A DNA stretch of 64,000 nt from Nostoc sp. DedSLP01 (GTDB lineage: Bacteria; Cyanobacteriota; Cyanobacteriia; Cyanobacteriales; Nostocaceae). The DNA is taken from assembly GCA_034530875.2 (NCBI GenBank), contig JAVRCJ020000010.1, forward strand, positions 128,001-192,000, given 5' to 3'. The notes under the pieces were generated by a model that did no database searches, was not told where the DNA came from, and saw only the letters and a program-made list of their open reading frames with translations. Shown one piece after another: positions 49,593 to 58,690 of the stretch. The position numbers and the translations under genes are program-made. Position 1 is the first letter of the stretch, and the number at the start of each line of letters is the position of its first letter.

Positions 49593-52500
49593 TATGCTTT
49601 TCTCTCACCTAATCGGTTGATTTTTGCGAACAATTTATCTAAGTCTTGTTGGCTTAAGTTCGCACTGGGAAAATCAGATGGGGTATATTTTTCTGCTGGT
49701 AATGACTGAGAGTACCGATTCCCAGCGGGTGTAGGAGCAATTTCTCCATCACTAGAATCATTTTTAGTTTGCTTGGTCTGATTTAAATTTGCTGCTATTA
49801 CTAATTCAGCAATAGTTTGATGCAGAAACATTTGTTGAGAAGTTAACTTAAGACCTAATTGATTAGCTTTGGCAACAATTTGAATTGTAATAATTGAGTC
49901 TCCTGACAATTCAAAGAAGTTATCATGAATACCTACCTTGTCAATTCCCAAAAATTGTTGCCAAATATTAGCTAGAGTCTGTTCAATTTCGTTACGAGGA
50001 GCAACATAAGCATTTGCCAAGTTTGGACGTGGATGGCTGAGTTGGGCAGAATTTGTTTGCGATGTCTCTGATGACAGCCCTAAATCTTGGTCTAGATAAT
50101 TGAAAGATTTATTCTGTTCGATTACTTGTTGAAAGTCTTCGGTTGAGACAACAATACAAGGCAAATTAGTTAATAAAATGCGATGAAAAGCTTCAGCACC
50201 TTCTTGAGGTAGTATTCCTTTTTTGATATCTTCTTCACGTTGCAGCTTTAAGTATTCTGGTACTGCTGTCTCTACTGCCATCCCTACTTCTTGCCAAGCA
50301 TCCCAGTTAATTGCTACTGTAAATTCGTCAGACCAAGAAGCACGATAATTTGCATAAACATCCAAAAATGCATTAGCAGCACAATAATCTACCTGTCCAA
50401 ATTCACCTAAGATAGAAGTTTGAGCTGAACAAAGCACTAAAAAATCTAAAGTAATATTTTTTGATTTGAAAATTTCTTCTAATACTAATGTACCCTTGAC
50501 TTTTGGTGCTAAGACGCTGTTTGCTATATCCTCTGTTTTGAGTTGAATCATGCCACCGCCAGCAATACCAGCTGCATGGATGACGCCATTGATTTGACCA
50601 AATTTTTCTAAAGCTTCAGTAATAACTACCTGCATTTCTTCGTAGCTGGCAACATCAGCACATTTAATCTCAACTTCTGACCCCAATTTTTCAAGTATTA
50701 GCATTTTTTGGATCTTGCGGCTAATACTATCTTGAGGATCGTGATTTTCTAGCCATTGTTGCCACTGCGATCGCTCTGGTAGTCCCTTCCTACCAATTAA
50801 AATTAACTTAGCTTGTACTGTCTTTGCTAAATGTTCCGCCAGCACTAAACCTATACCGCCAAGTCCACCAGTAATTAAGTAAACTCCTGCTTGTTTTAAC
50901 TTAGTTTTACCTGGGGTATTTTCGTCTAAACGGATTGTTTCAAAGGTTGGAATCCAGCGATAATTTCCACGATAAGCAACTATATTTTCAGTTTCTTGTG
51001 TTGTTAATTCTGTAATCAGATATTCGACAAATTTTTGTGCCAGTGGAGTTTTAGCCGTAGGAATGACCGCATCAATCAGAGATGAATTAATATTGGGATA
51101 TTCTTTAGGAATTACCTTACAAACTCCTAATATTGTTGCCTTCTCTGGCCATAACTTTTCATCACCGATAATATTATATATATTATTAGTGACAATTCTC
51201 AACTTCAAATCATTGCTGATATTTTGTTTTCCTAATGCTTGTACTAAATACAATAAGCTCCAAAAGCCAAGATTTTGGCAAGTTTCAAAAGTGGGCAAAG
51301 TATCATTTGGTGTAATACTCCAAAAGTGAGCGATGATATTGGGAATTAAACTCTGTTTTTGAAGTTGTTCCAACAAAGTATTGTAGTCAGCTTTTTGCTT
51401 CGGGTTAATAGTGTATGTATGTTTTTCGGTCTGGCTAAATTTATCTGCCATCCTCACTTTAACTACATTTTGACTTTGCTGTTCGAGTCGGTTGACAACT
51501 GCATCGCCAACTCCATACTCATCGATAAAAACTAACCAGCAGGTATTTTTTTCAATTGCTTGTAATAATTCAATTGGTGTAGATTGTTTCCAAATTGGGA
51601 TATAAAACCAATCGCTGATATTTGGGTTTTTACCTAATGATTTTGGCGGTATTGTTGATAACGCAGTATCAGAATTAGCCTCAATCCAATAACGTTGGCG
51701 CTCAAAAGGATAAGTAGGCAAAGAAATATGTCTGCGTTGTTCGTGGGTATAAAAACCTGCCCAATTTATTGGCAATCCTGTTAACCAAAGCCGAGAGAGA
51801 GTATTCAGCAAAAATGCCACATCAGAAATTTGCTCTTGAGGATGCCGTAAAGAAGTTAGTACTAGATTTTGCGAACTTAACTGTCGTTTGGCTAGAGTAG
51901 TTAACGTGCGTCCCGGGCCAACTTCTAAAAATATTCGCTCTGGTTGTTGCAGTAGTTCGGCAACTCCCTCGCTAAATAATACCGATTGCCGTAAATGTTG
52001 AGCATAGTAGTTAGGGTCAGTTGCTTGCTCTGCTGTAATCCAAGTCCCTGTAACATTAGAAATAAAAGGAATTTGGGGTGGTTTCAAATTGGCTTCTCTA
52101 ACGTGTCGGACAAATGGTTCTAAAATCGGCTCCATCATTTGAGAATGGAAAGCATGAGATGTATGCAAGCGACGGCAATCTATACCTTTTTCAATCAAAT
52201 AATTTTGTAATGTTTCTATCGCTTCTGTAGCACCGGAAACCACACACAGAGACGGTGCATTACTCGCTGCTAAAGAAAGTTCTGAACCCAACATTGGCTG
52301 TATTTCTCGAGCAGAAATCGAAACAGAAAGCATCGATCCAGATTCGAGTTTTTGCATTAATTGTCCGCGAATTGCGACTAAAGTTAGTGCTTCTTCTAAA
52401 GAAAAAATACCCGAAATACAAGCCGCTACATACTCGCCGATACTGTGACCAATCATCGCTTGTGGATGCACGCCCCACGACATCCAAAGTTTAGCCAGAG

Positions 52501-54343
52501 CATATTCAATTACAAATAATGCAGGTTGTGTTAAAGAAGTTTGTTGGAGCTTTTTGCCTGTAGTTTCTAATGTTGTAGTGTAAAGTATATCTCTAATATC
52601 TAACTTTAAATGCGCTTTTAAAAATTCACAACAATCATCAACTTGTTGCCGAAAGATTGCTTCTGTTTCATATAATTCCCGTCCCATATTTACATACTGC
52701 GCTCCCTGTCCGGGAAACATAAATACAATTGGATGGTTACGGGTTTCTGAGCAACTGTTAAAAATGCCTTGTTTATCTGGTGCTGTTAGTATTTTTATAG
52801 CGTCTGAAATATCTTGGCACAACAACACTCGACGGTGATTAAAACTTTGGCGACCAACTTGCAAAGTATAAGCTACATCAGCAAGATTTAAATCTGGATG
52901 CTTTTGTAGATGATTAGCGAGGTTTTCTGTAGCAGTTTCTAGTGCTGTATTCGTCTTAGCTGAAAGTATCAATTGCTGATACTTTCTTCCCTGCTCCTGT
53001 GCTTTGCTACTCCCCTGCTGCGTTGGAGCTTCTTCTAATATTACATGGGCATTAGTACCGCCAATCCCAAAAGAGCTAACTCCTGCGCGTCTAGGATATT
53101 TATCTGCTTTCCATTCCGAAAGTTTATTGTTGATATAAAAAGGACTGTTGGCAAAATCAATTTGAGGATTTGGTTGCTCAAAATGCAAGCTGGGAGGAAT
53201 TTGTTTGTGTTTCAGAGCTAAGACTGTTTTAATTAAACCTGCAACGCCAGCAGCAGCATCCAAGTGTCCGATATTTGTTTTTAAAGAACCAATCGCACAG
53301 AAATTTTTCTTTTTTGTACTGCTTTGAAATGCTTGGGTTAGTGCAGCAACTTCAATCGGATCTCCTAAAGAAGTTCCTGTTCCGTGTGCTTCAATATAAG
53401 TTATTGTTTCTGGTTCCACTTCTGCAACAATTTGAGCCGTTTTGATAACTTTAGCTTGACCTTCTATGCGGGGTGCTGTGTAGCTAACTTTGTTTGAACC
53501 GTCATTATTGATAGCAGAACCTTTAATAACAGCATGAATAGAATCTCCGTCGTTTAGACTATCTTCTAATCTTTTCAAAACAACGATTCCTACACCTTCT
53601 CCACTCACAGTTCCCCGTGCTTTAGCATCAAAGGCGCGGCAATGTCCGTCAGGAGAATTAATACCTCCTTCGTTATAAAGATAGCCAGTTTTTCTGAATG
53701 CACTGATGGAAATACCGCCAACCAAAGCCATATCGCATTCACCATTGAGCAAACTTTGGCAGGCTAAATGTACGGCTACTAATGAGGTCGAGCAAGCTGT
53801 TTGAACTGTATAACTAGGCCCTGTTAAATTAAGTTTATAAGAAGTACGCGTAGCCAGGTAATCTTTATCACCTGCGATTACTATCTGACGTTCGTCTGTT
53901 GAATTTCTAATATTTTGATTCAAATAAATGTTTAGTAAATAACCGCTTAAGTTTGCACCAGCAAAAACACCTATAGTACCATTGTATGTTTCGGAATTAT
54001 ACCCAGCTTTTTCTAATGCTTCCCAAGCACATTCTAAAAAAATTCTGTGTTGGGGATCGGTCATTTCTGCATCTCTAGGATTGAAACCAAAAAAGGCAGC
54101 ATCAAAAAGCTCTACATCTTCTAAAACAGCATTGGCTTTGACATAATTGGGATTAGTAAGAAGCGCTGCATCTACTCCTGATGCCAATAATTCTTCGTCA
54201 CTGAAAAAAGAAATTGATTCTACGCCATTTTGGAGATTATGCCAAAATTCATCAAGATTTTTTGCCCCAGGAAATCTTCCTGTTAATCCAATAATTGCGA
54301 TTTCTGAACCGTTATGAGGATATGTTTCGGTTGGGATATTCAT
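49592..54343 (-). CDS. Type I PKS module KS-AT(malonyl)-KR-carrier, followed by an epimerization-domain scar / COM tail
   Basis: KS QTACSTS. AT GHSIG / HAFH. KR GGLGGIG...YCAAN. Carrier SGDSI. The tail reads GEIAPTP...YTPSDFPSANLSQQDLDKL. Confidence 0.92.
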   Translation of the reverse strand: MNIPTETYPHNGSEIAIIGLTGRFPGAKNLDEFWHNLQNGVESISFFSDEELLASGVDAALLTNPNYVKANAVLEDVELFDAAFFGFNPRDAEMTDPQHRIFLECAWEALEKAGYNSETYNGTIGVFAGANLSGYLLNIYLNQNIRNSTDERQIVIAGDKDYLATRTSYKLNLTGPSYTVQTACSTSLVAVHLACQSLLNGECDMALVGGISISAFRKTGYLYNEGGINSPDGHCRAFDAKARGTVSGEGVGIVVLKRLEDSLNDGDSIHAVIKGSAINNDGSNKVSYTAPRIEGQAKVIKTAQIVAEVEPETITYIEAHGTGTSLGDPIEVAALTQAFQSSTKKKNFCAIGSLKTNIGHLDAAAGVAGLIKTVLALKHKQIPPSLHFEQPNPQIDFANSPFYINNKLSEWKADKYPRRAGVSSFGIGGTNAHVILEEAPTQQGSSKAQEQGRKYQQLILSAKTNTALETATENLANHLQKHPDLNLADVAYTLQVGRQSFNHRRVLLCQDISDAIKILTAPDKQGIFNSCSETRNHPIVFMFPGQGAQYVNMGRELYETEAIFRQQVDDCCEFLKAHLKLDIRDILYTTTLETTGKKLQQTSLTQPALFVIEYALAKLWMSWGVHPQAMIGHSIGEYVAACISGIFSLEEALTLVAIRGQLMQKLESGSMLSVSISAREIQPMLGSELSLAASNAPSLCVVSGATEAIETLQNYLIEKGIDCRRLHTSHAFHSQMMEPILEPFVRHVREANLKPPQIPFISNVTGTWITAEQATDPNYYAQHLRQSVLFSEGVAELLQQPERIFLEVGPGRTLTTLAKRQLSSQNLVLTSLRHPQEQISDVAFLLNTLSRLWLTGLPINWAGFYTHEQRRHISLPTYPFERQRYWIEANSDTALSTIPPKSLGKNPNISDWFYIPIWKQSTPIELLQAIEKNTCWLVFIDEYGVGDAVVNRLEQQSQNVVKVRMADKFSQTEKHTYTINPKQKADYNTLLEQLQKQSLIPNIIAHFWSITPNDTLPTFETCQNLGFWSLLYLVQALGKQNISNDLKLRIVTNNIYNIIGDEKLWPEKATILGVCKVIPKEYPNINSSLIDAVIPTAKTPLAQKFVEYLITELTTQETENIVAYRGNYRWIPTFETIRLDENTPGKTKLKQAGVYLITGGLGGIGLVLAEHLAKTVQAKLILIGRKGLPERSQWQQWLENHDPQDSISRKIQKMLILEKLGSEVEIKCADVASYEEMQVVITEALEKFGQINGVIHAAGIAGGGMIQLKTEDIANSVLAPKVKGTLVLEEIFKSKNITLDFLVLCSAQTSILGEFGQVDYCAANAFLDVYANYRASWSDEFTVAINWDAWQEVGMAVETAVPEYLKLQREEDIKKGILPQEGAEAFHRILLTNLPCIVVSTEDFQQVIEQNKSFNYLDQDLGLSSETSQTNSAQLSHPRPNLANAYVAPRNEIEQTLANIWQQFLGIDKVGIHDNFFELSGDSIITIQIVAKANQLGLKLTSQQMFLHQTIAELVIAANLNQTKQTKNDSSDGEIAPTPAGNRYSQSLPAEKYTPSDFPSANLSQQDLDKLFAKINRLGERKA

Positions 54344-54357
54344 GACTTATTAATTCT

Positions 54358-57300
54358 TTAATTATTTTCAAATAATTTTATTTTTTGCAAACGTTTTCTC
54401 TGTTGCGCTTTCCCAGATAAAATTTTCTCTGTTTCGATATCACTGTCTTGTAAAGGTACGGTTTTATTTGCAGATGAACTTAAATATTCTGCTAAAGAAT
54501 TGATGGTGGGATATCTAAACAAATCAAGAGTTGATAGTTCTGCCTTTAATATTTCCTGTAACTGGCTGTGAACTGTAACTAAAAGTAATGAATGACCGCC
54601 AATTTCAAAGAAATTATCATGAATGCCTATCTTTTCAAGATTCAAAGCTTGCTGCCAAACAGAGGCTATTGTTTTTTCAATCTCAGTTTGTGGAACCGCA
54701 TAAGCAACTTCTAATTCTGGGCGTAGACCATTCGGAATTGGCAATGCTCGACGATCTACTTTGCCATTGGATGTGAGTGGAAACGCTTCTAATATCATAA
54801 ATGCTGTTGGCATCATGTGGTCAAGCAATTTATTTTGTAAGAAGCGTCGCAATTCAGAAATTGTTAGTGTTTTGTCTGAATGAAGAGTTATATAAGCGAT
54901 TAAATTTTGATTTCCTGGCTTATCCTCCCGCACGATCGCCACACTTGCAGATACAGATGGATGCTGATTGATAACTCCTTCAATTTCTCCTAATTCAACA
55001 CGGAAACCTCGGATTTTTATTTGGTTGTCAATTCTCCCGATATATTCAATATCTCCACTTGCTAGAAAGCGAACTAAATCGCCTGTTTTGTAAAGGCGAT
55101 CGCCTTCTTGTTTGCTAAATGGATTGGGAATAAATTTTAAAGCTGTTAATTCAGGTTGATTCAAATAACCCCTAGCTAATCCCAGTCCACCAATGTGCAA
55201 TTCACCTACTACACCTGTTGGTACTGGTTGTAAGTATTTGTCTAAAATGTACAACTGAGTATTAGCGATGGGTTTACCAATGGGTATGGAACCTAAAGTA
55301 TATTTCCCGACTGGAACTTCATAAATACAGCAGCCTACCACCGTTTCTGTAGGGCCGTATTCGTTGATTAACATCGTATCTGGGGCTACATCTTGCCAGA
55401 AAGTTATACTTTCAGCTAATAAGTTTTCTCCACCAATAATAAAAGCTCTAGTTTTATTTGCTATCTCTTCTTGAGATAACTGTTGTTTCAACAAATCTAA
55501 GTGCGCGGGCGTGATTTTCACCAAGCTTAAATTCGAGCTTTTCTTTAAAGCTTGAGAAAGTGTTTCAATTCCTTGTTCTTCTGGTAATAATTCTGCTGTG
55601 CGGCCAACTAATAAAGGCGATAACAAACTGGTAATTGTTAAGTCAAAACCCAGAGGTGAATGAACTACAGTTCCTACTCCTTGTTCTACTGCATATCTTT
55701 GGGTAGCCCAAGTGAGGTAATTAACTAATCCTTGATGAGGAATCAGAGTTCCTTTCGGTTTGCCAGTAGAACCGGAAGTGTAAATAATATAAGCTAAATT
55801 TAACTCGGTTGTTGTAGTAATTAAATTCTCAATTTTTTGTTGACTTATAGCTTGCCAATCGCTATCGATACAAATGGCTTTAATTTCATTTGTAGCGAAA
55901 TCTGCCATTAAACGCTGTTGAGTCAGCAGGATTGGTATTTGAGAATCATTGATAATAAAAGCTTTTCTTTCTGAAGGATAGCTTGGGTCAATTGGTATGT
56001 ATGCACCGCCAGCTTTCAAGATGCCTAAAAGTGCAATTAACATTAAAGGCGATCGCTCTAGACAAATCCCCACCATAACATCTGGTTTTATGCCTAATTG
56101 CTGTAGGTAATGCGCTAGCTGGTTAGCACGAGTGTTTAATTCTTGGTAGGTTAGTTGCTGATTTTGATAAATAACAGCAATGTTATCTGAGGTGCGATCG
56201 CATTGAGCTTCAAACCAATGATGAATGCATTTATATTGTAGCTCTGATGTTTGAGTATTATTAAATGCAATTAACAGTTGTTCTCGCTCTTGTTCGCTGA
56301 GTATATCCAACCGCGAAATCTCTACAGAGGGATTGTCAATAACACTGAGTAACAAACTTTGCCACTGACTTGCTAAACGTTGAATATCTTCTTTATGGAA
56401 ATGTTTGGCATCATAGTGAAATTCTACTTGAACTAAATCATTTTGTCTGCGAACACAAGAAAGCTTTAGTTTAAATCTGTCAAAGCAGACGTAAGATTGA
56501 TAAATTGAAAATGCTACTTGATGAGCAGAATAATTAGTAACTGTTTCCTCAAACTCATAACAAAATGGTAAAACTAGCTCTTCTATATTATCTTTAGCTG
56601 TTTTGGCAAATACGTTCCAACTAAAGCTATCTTGCCATTTCAGTGTTTCATCTGTTAACTCTTTAACCTGCACTAAGCGATCGCTAAATGTATAATTATC
56701 TTTCAGGTCAGAAACAAGCGGTAAATATTTGCTAAATAAACCTAGTGCTGTTTTTAATTCTTCATAGCTGCGACCATCACAGCCTACACCTATAATTAAC
56801 TTTGATTGACCAGTAAGACGCCAAAGTAAAATTTGCCAACAAGTAAGGAAAAAGATATCTATTGAGACTTGGGATTTTTGGATAATTTCTTCAATTTTAG
56901 TAAGTAAATTTTTGGGAATCGCTAAGCTAATAACTTGAGGTTCAAATTCTGATTCTTCAGAAAAGCAATTCTCAAAAGCAAGCTTTAAATTATCCAGAGT
57001 TGAAAAATCTACTTTCTGCCAGTATTTTGTTCTGGTTGTAGTTTCTTCTGCCTCCAGTAATTCATTTTGCCAGGTAGCAATATCAGCATATTGTAGTGGT
57101 TCTTCATCTATTTCTATTTCTATATTTTGTAAGCAGGCAGTATAATATTGGCTAATTTCAGTAACTATATTTTTGAATGTTTTAAAATCCGTACACAGAG
57201 ATGGCAAATTTATAAATAAAATATACTTATTTGCTGAAAAATTTACTAAAACTATCTTTAATAAGTGATTTTCGCCTAATTTAGATGACTCTTGCCTGAT

Positions 57301-57612
57301 TTTATCGAAAAGGGTTTCTATCTCTATATTGTGAGGAGATTGACTTTCTAAATCATACTCATTTAAAAAAACATTAGTATGATTATTTATTACCTGAATA
57401 GGGATTTTTAACCCAGGTTGGCGATAAAAACTTGTGCGAAGAACTTCGTTCCTAGCAATAATTTTATCTAACGCTTGTTTCAATATATCTACTTGTAAAT
57501 TTCCCTCAATGAGAATACCACATTGATTTCGATAGAAATTACCACCTTGCTGTACTAACCAAAGGCGCTTTTGTTGAGGAGATAGTGGGAAACCCTGAAT
57601 TTTTTCTTGCAT
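54358..57612 (-). CDS. NRPS protein: inactive C (interface-type) - A(Asn predicted) - PCP
   Basis: The C-like domain has LPSLCTD in place of HHxxxDG. By-eye A code DLTKIGEVGK. PCP GGHS. Confidence 0.9.
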   Translation of the reverse strand: MQEKIQGFPLSPQQKRLWLVQQGGNFYRNQCGILIEGNLQVDILKQALDKIIARNEVLRTSFYRQPGLKIPIQVINNHTNVFLNEYDLESQSPHNIEIETLFDKIRQESSKLGENHLLKIVLVNFSANKYILFINLPSLCTDFKTFKNIVTEISQYYTACLQNIEIEIDEEPLQYADIATWQNELLEAEETTTRTKYWQKVDFSTLDNLKLAFENCFSEESEFEPQVISLAIPKNLLTKIEEIIQKSQVSIDIFFLTCWQILLWRLTGQSKLIIGVGCDGRSYEELKTALGLFSKYLPLVSDLKDNYTFSDRLVQVKELTDETLKWQDSFSWNVFAKTAKDNIEELVLPFCYEFEETVTNYSAHQVAFSIYQSYVCFDRFKLKLSCVRRQNDLVQVEFHYDAKHFHKEDIQRLASQWQSLLLSVIDNPSVEISRLDILSEQEREQLLIAFNNTQTSELQYKCIHHWFEAQCDRTSDNIAVIYQNQQLTYQELNTRANQLAHYLQQLGIKPDVMVGICLERSPLMLIALLGILKAGGAYIPIDPSYPSERKAFIINDSQIPILLTQQRLMADFATNEIKAICIDSDWQAISQQKIENLITTTTELNLAYIIYTSGSTGKPKGTLIPHQGLVNYLTWATQRYAVEQGVGTVVHSPLGFDLTITSLLSPLLVGRTAELLPEEQGIETLSQALKKSSNLSLVKITPAHLDLLKQQLSQEEIANKTRAFIIGGENLLAESITFWQDVAPDTMLINEYGPTETVVGCCIYEVPVGKYTLGSIPIGKPIANTQLYILDKYLQPVPTGVVGELHIGGLGLARGYLNQPELTALKFIPNPFSKQEGDRLYKTGDLVRFLASGDIEYIGRIDNQIKIRGFRVELGEIEGVINQHPSVSASVAIVREDKPGNQNLIAYITLHSDKTLTISELRRFLQNKLLDHMMPTAFMILEAFPLTSNGKVDRRALPIPNGLRPELEVAYAVPQTEIEKTIASVWQQALNLEKIGIHDNFFEIGGHSLLLVTVHSQLQEILKAELSTLDLFRYPTINSLAEYLSSSANKTVPLQDSDIETEKILSGKAQQRKRLQKIKLFENN

Positions 57613-57639
57613 TTTTTCTATCCAAGCCTATACAAAATC

Positions 57640-58686
57640 TTAATTTTTACTAAAACTTTTCAGTTCGCCCATCGCAACAAAAAGCTTACGTTCTCCCACA
57701 TAAGGATTGCGGGCATGAGCAGTTAATACGTTATCTAGTAATAATATGTCTCCTTGTTTCCAAGGAAAACATACTTCTAATTTCTGATATACTTCACAAA
57801 TTTCTTGCATTGTAGAGTCTGAAATTATAGTACCATCACCGTAATAACAATTGCGTGGTAAATCTTCTTCTTTAAAAGTTGACACTAGCGATTCGCGGAT
57901 TTGTGTTTCTAAACAAGCTAAATGCCAATGTTGGGCTTGATTAAACCAAGAAAGTTCGCCTGTTTGAGGATGTTTAACTACAGCTGGGCGAATAGAAATA
58001 GTTCTTAAGCCACCATCTTTTCTCCATTCAAAATCTATGAAATTATTTCGACAAATATTTTCTACCTGTGCTTTGCTTTGAGTTTGAAAAACTGTTTGCC
58101 AGTCAAGCCCTAACCCATTTCTATAATTACGGACATACATAACTTGTTTTTCAACAAATTGTTCCCTAATTTTGGGTTTTATCAGTTGAAATACTTTACG
58201 ACTATCAACTATTGGAGTTTCTCCTCCTTGCTGTGCGGGTTGACAACAGCCGAACAAAATTTTTGCAGGCCATCGATGGTTAAAAGAATTTTCGTTGTGC
58301 CACAACAACTTCTTATCAGCAGGATAAAAAACAGGAGTATAAACTTGACCGCTGAGAGTTTCGCGGGGATGTTCGCCATTTTCTTTAAATAATTCCGAGC
58401 AAACGGCTAAAGAAAATCTTTCAAATGCAGCTGCTGTAGTAATATTAAATCCTTTAAAAAGGATAGCACCATATTTAATTAAATTTGTATCTATAAATTC
58501 TCGATTTGCTTGCGCCCAATCTGCAATATCAACATCTGATACAGATGGTTTGATAACCAACGGTAGGGTTTGCTCGTCTCCAAATTTATCTATTTTGATT
58601 AATTCAGATTCTAAATTAATAGATTTTCTACTAATTTTATGGAATTTTTCCTTGAAATTAGAATTGTTGATTTTTATTTCTTTCAT
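57640..58686 (-). CDS. TauD/SyrP-like Fe(II)/2OG beta-hydroxylase
   Basis: YGAILFKGF, WHNENS (HxE), GGETPIVD, WFNQAQHWH and DNVLTAHARNPY. Confidence 0.9.
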   Translation of the reverse strand: MKEIKINNSNFKEKFHKISRKSINLESELIKIDKFGDEQTLPLVIKPSVSDVDIADWAQANREFIDTNLIKYGAILFKGFNITTAAAFERFSLAVCSELFKENGEHPRETLSGQVYTPVFYPADKKLLWHNENSFNHRWPAKILFGCCQPAQQGGETPIVDSRKVFQLIKPKIREQFVEKQVMYVRNYRNGLGLDWQTVFQTQSKAQVENICRNNFIDFEWRKDGGLRTISIRPAVVKHPQTGELSWFNQAQHWHLACLETQIRESLVSTFKEEDLPRNCYYGDGTIISDSTMQEICEVYQKLEVCFPWKQGDILLLDNVLTAHARNPYVGERKLFVAMGELKSFSKN

Positions 58687-58690
58687 TTTA

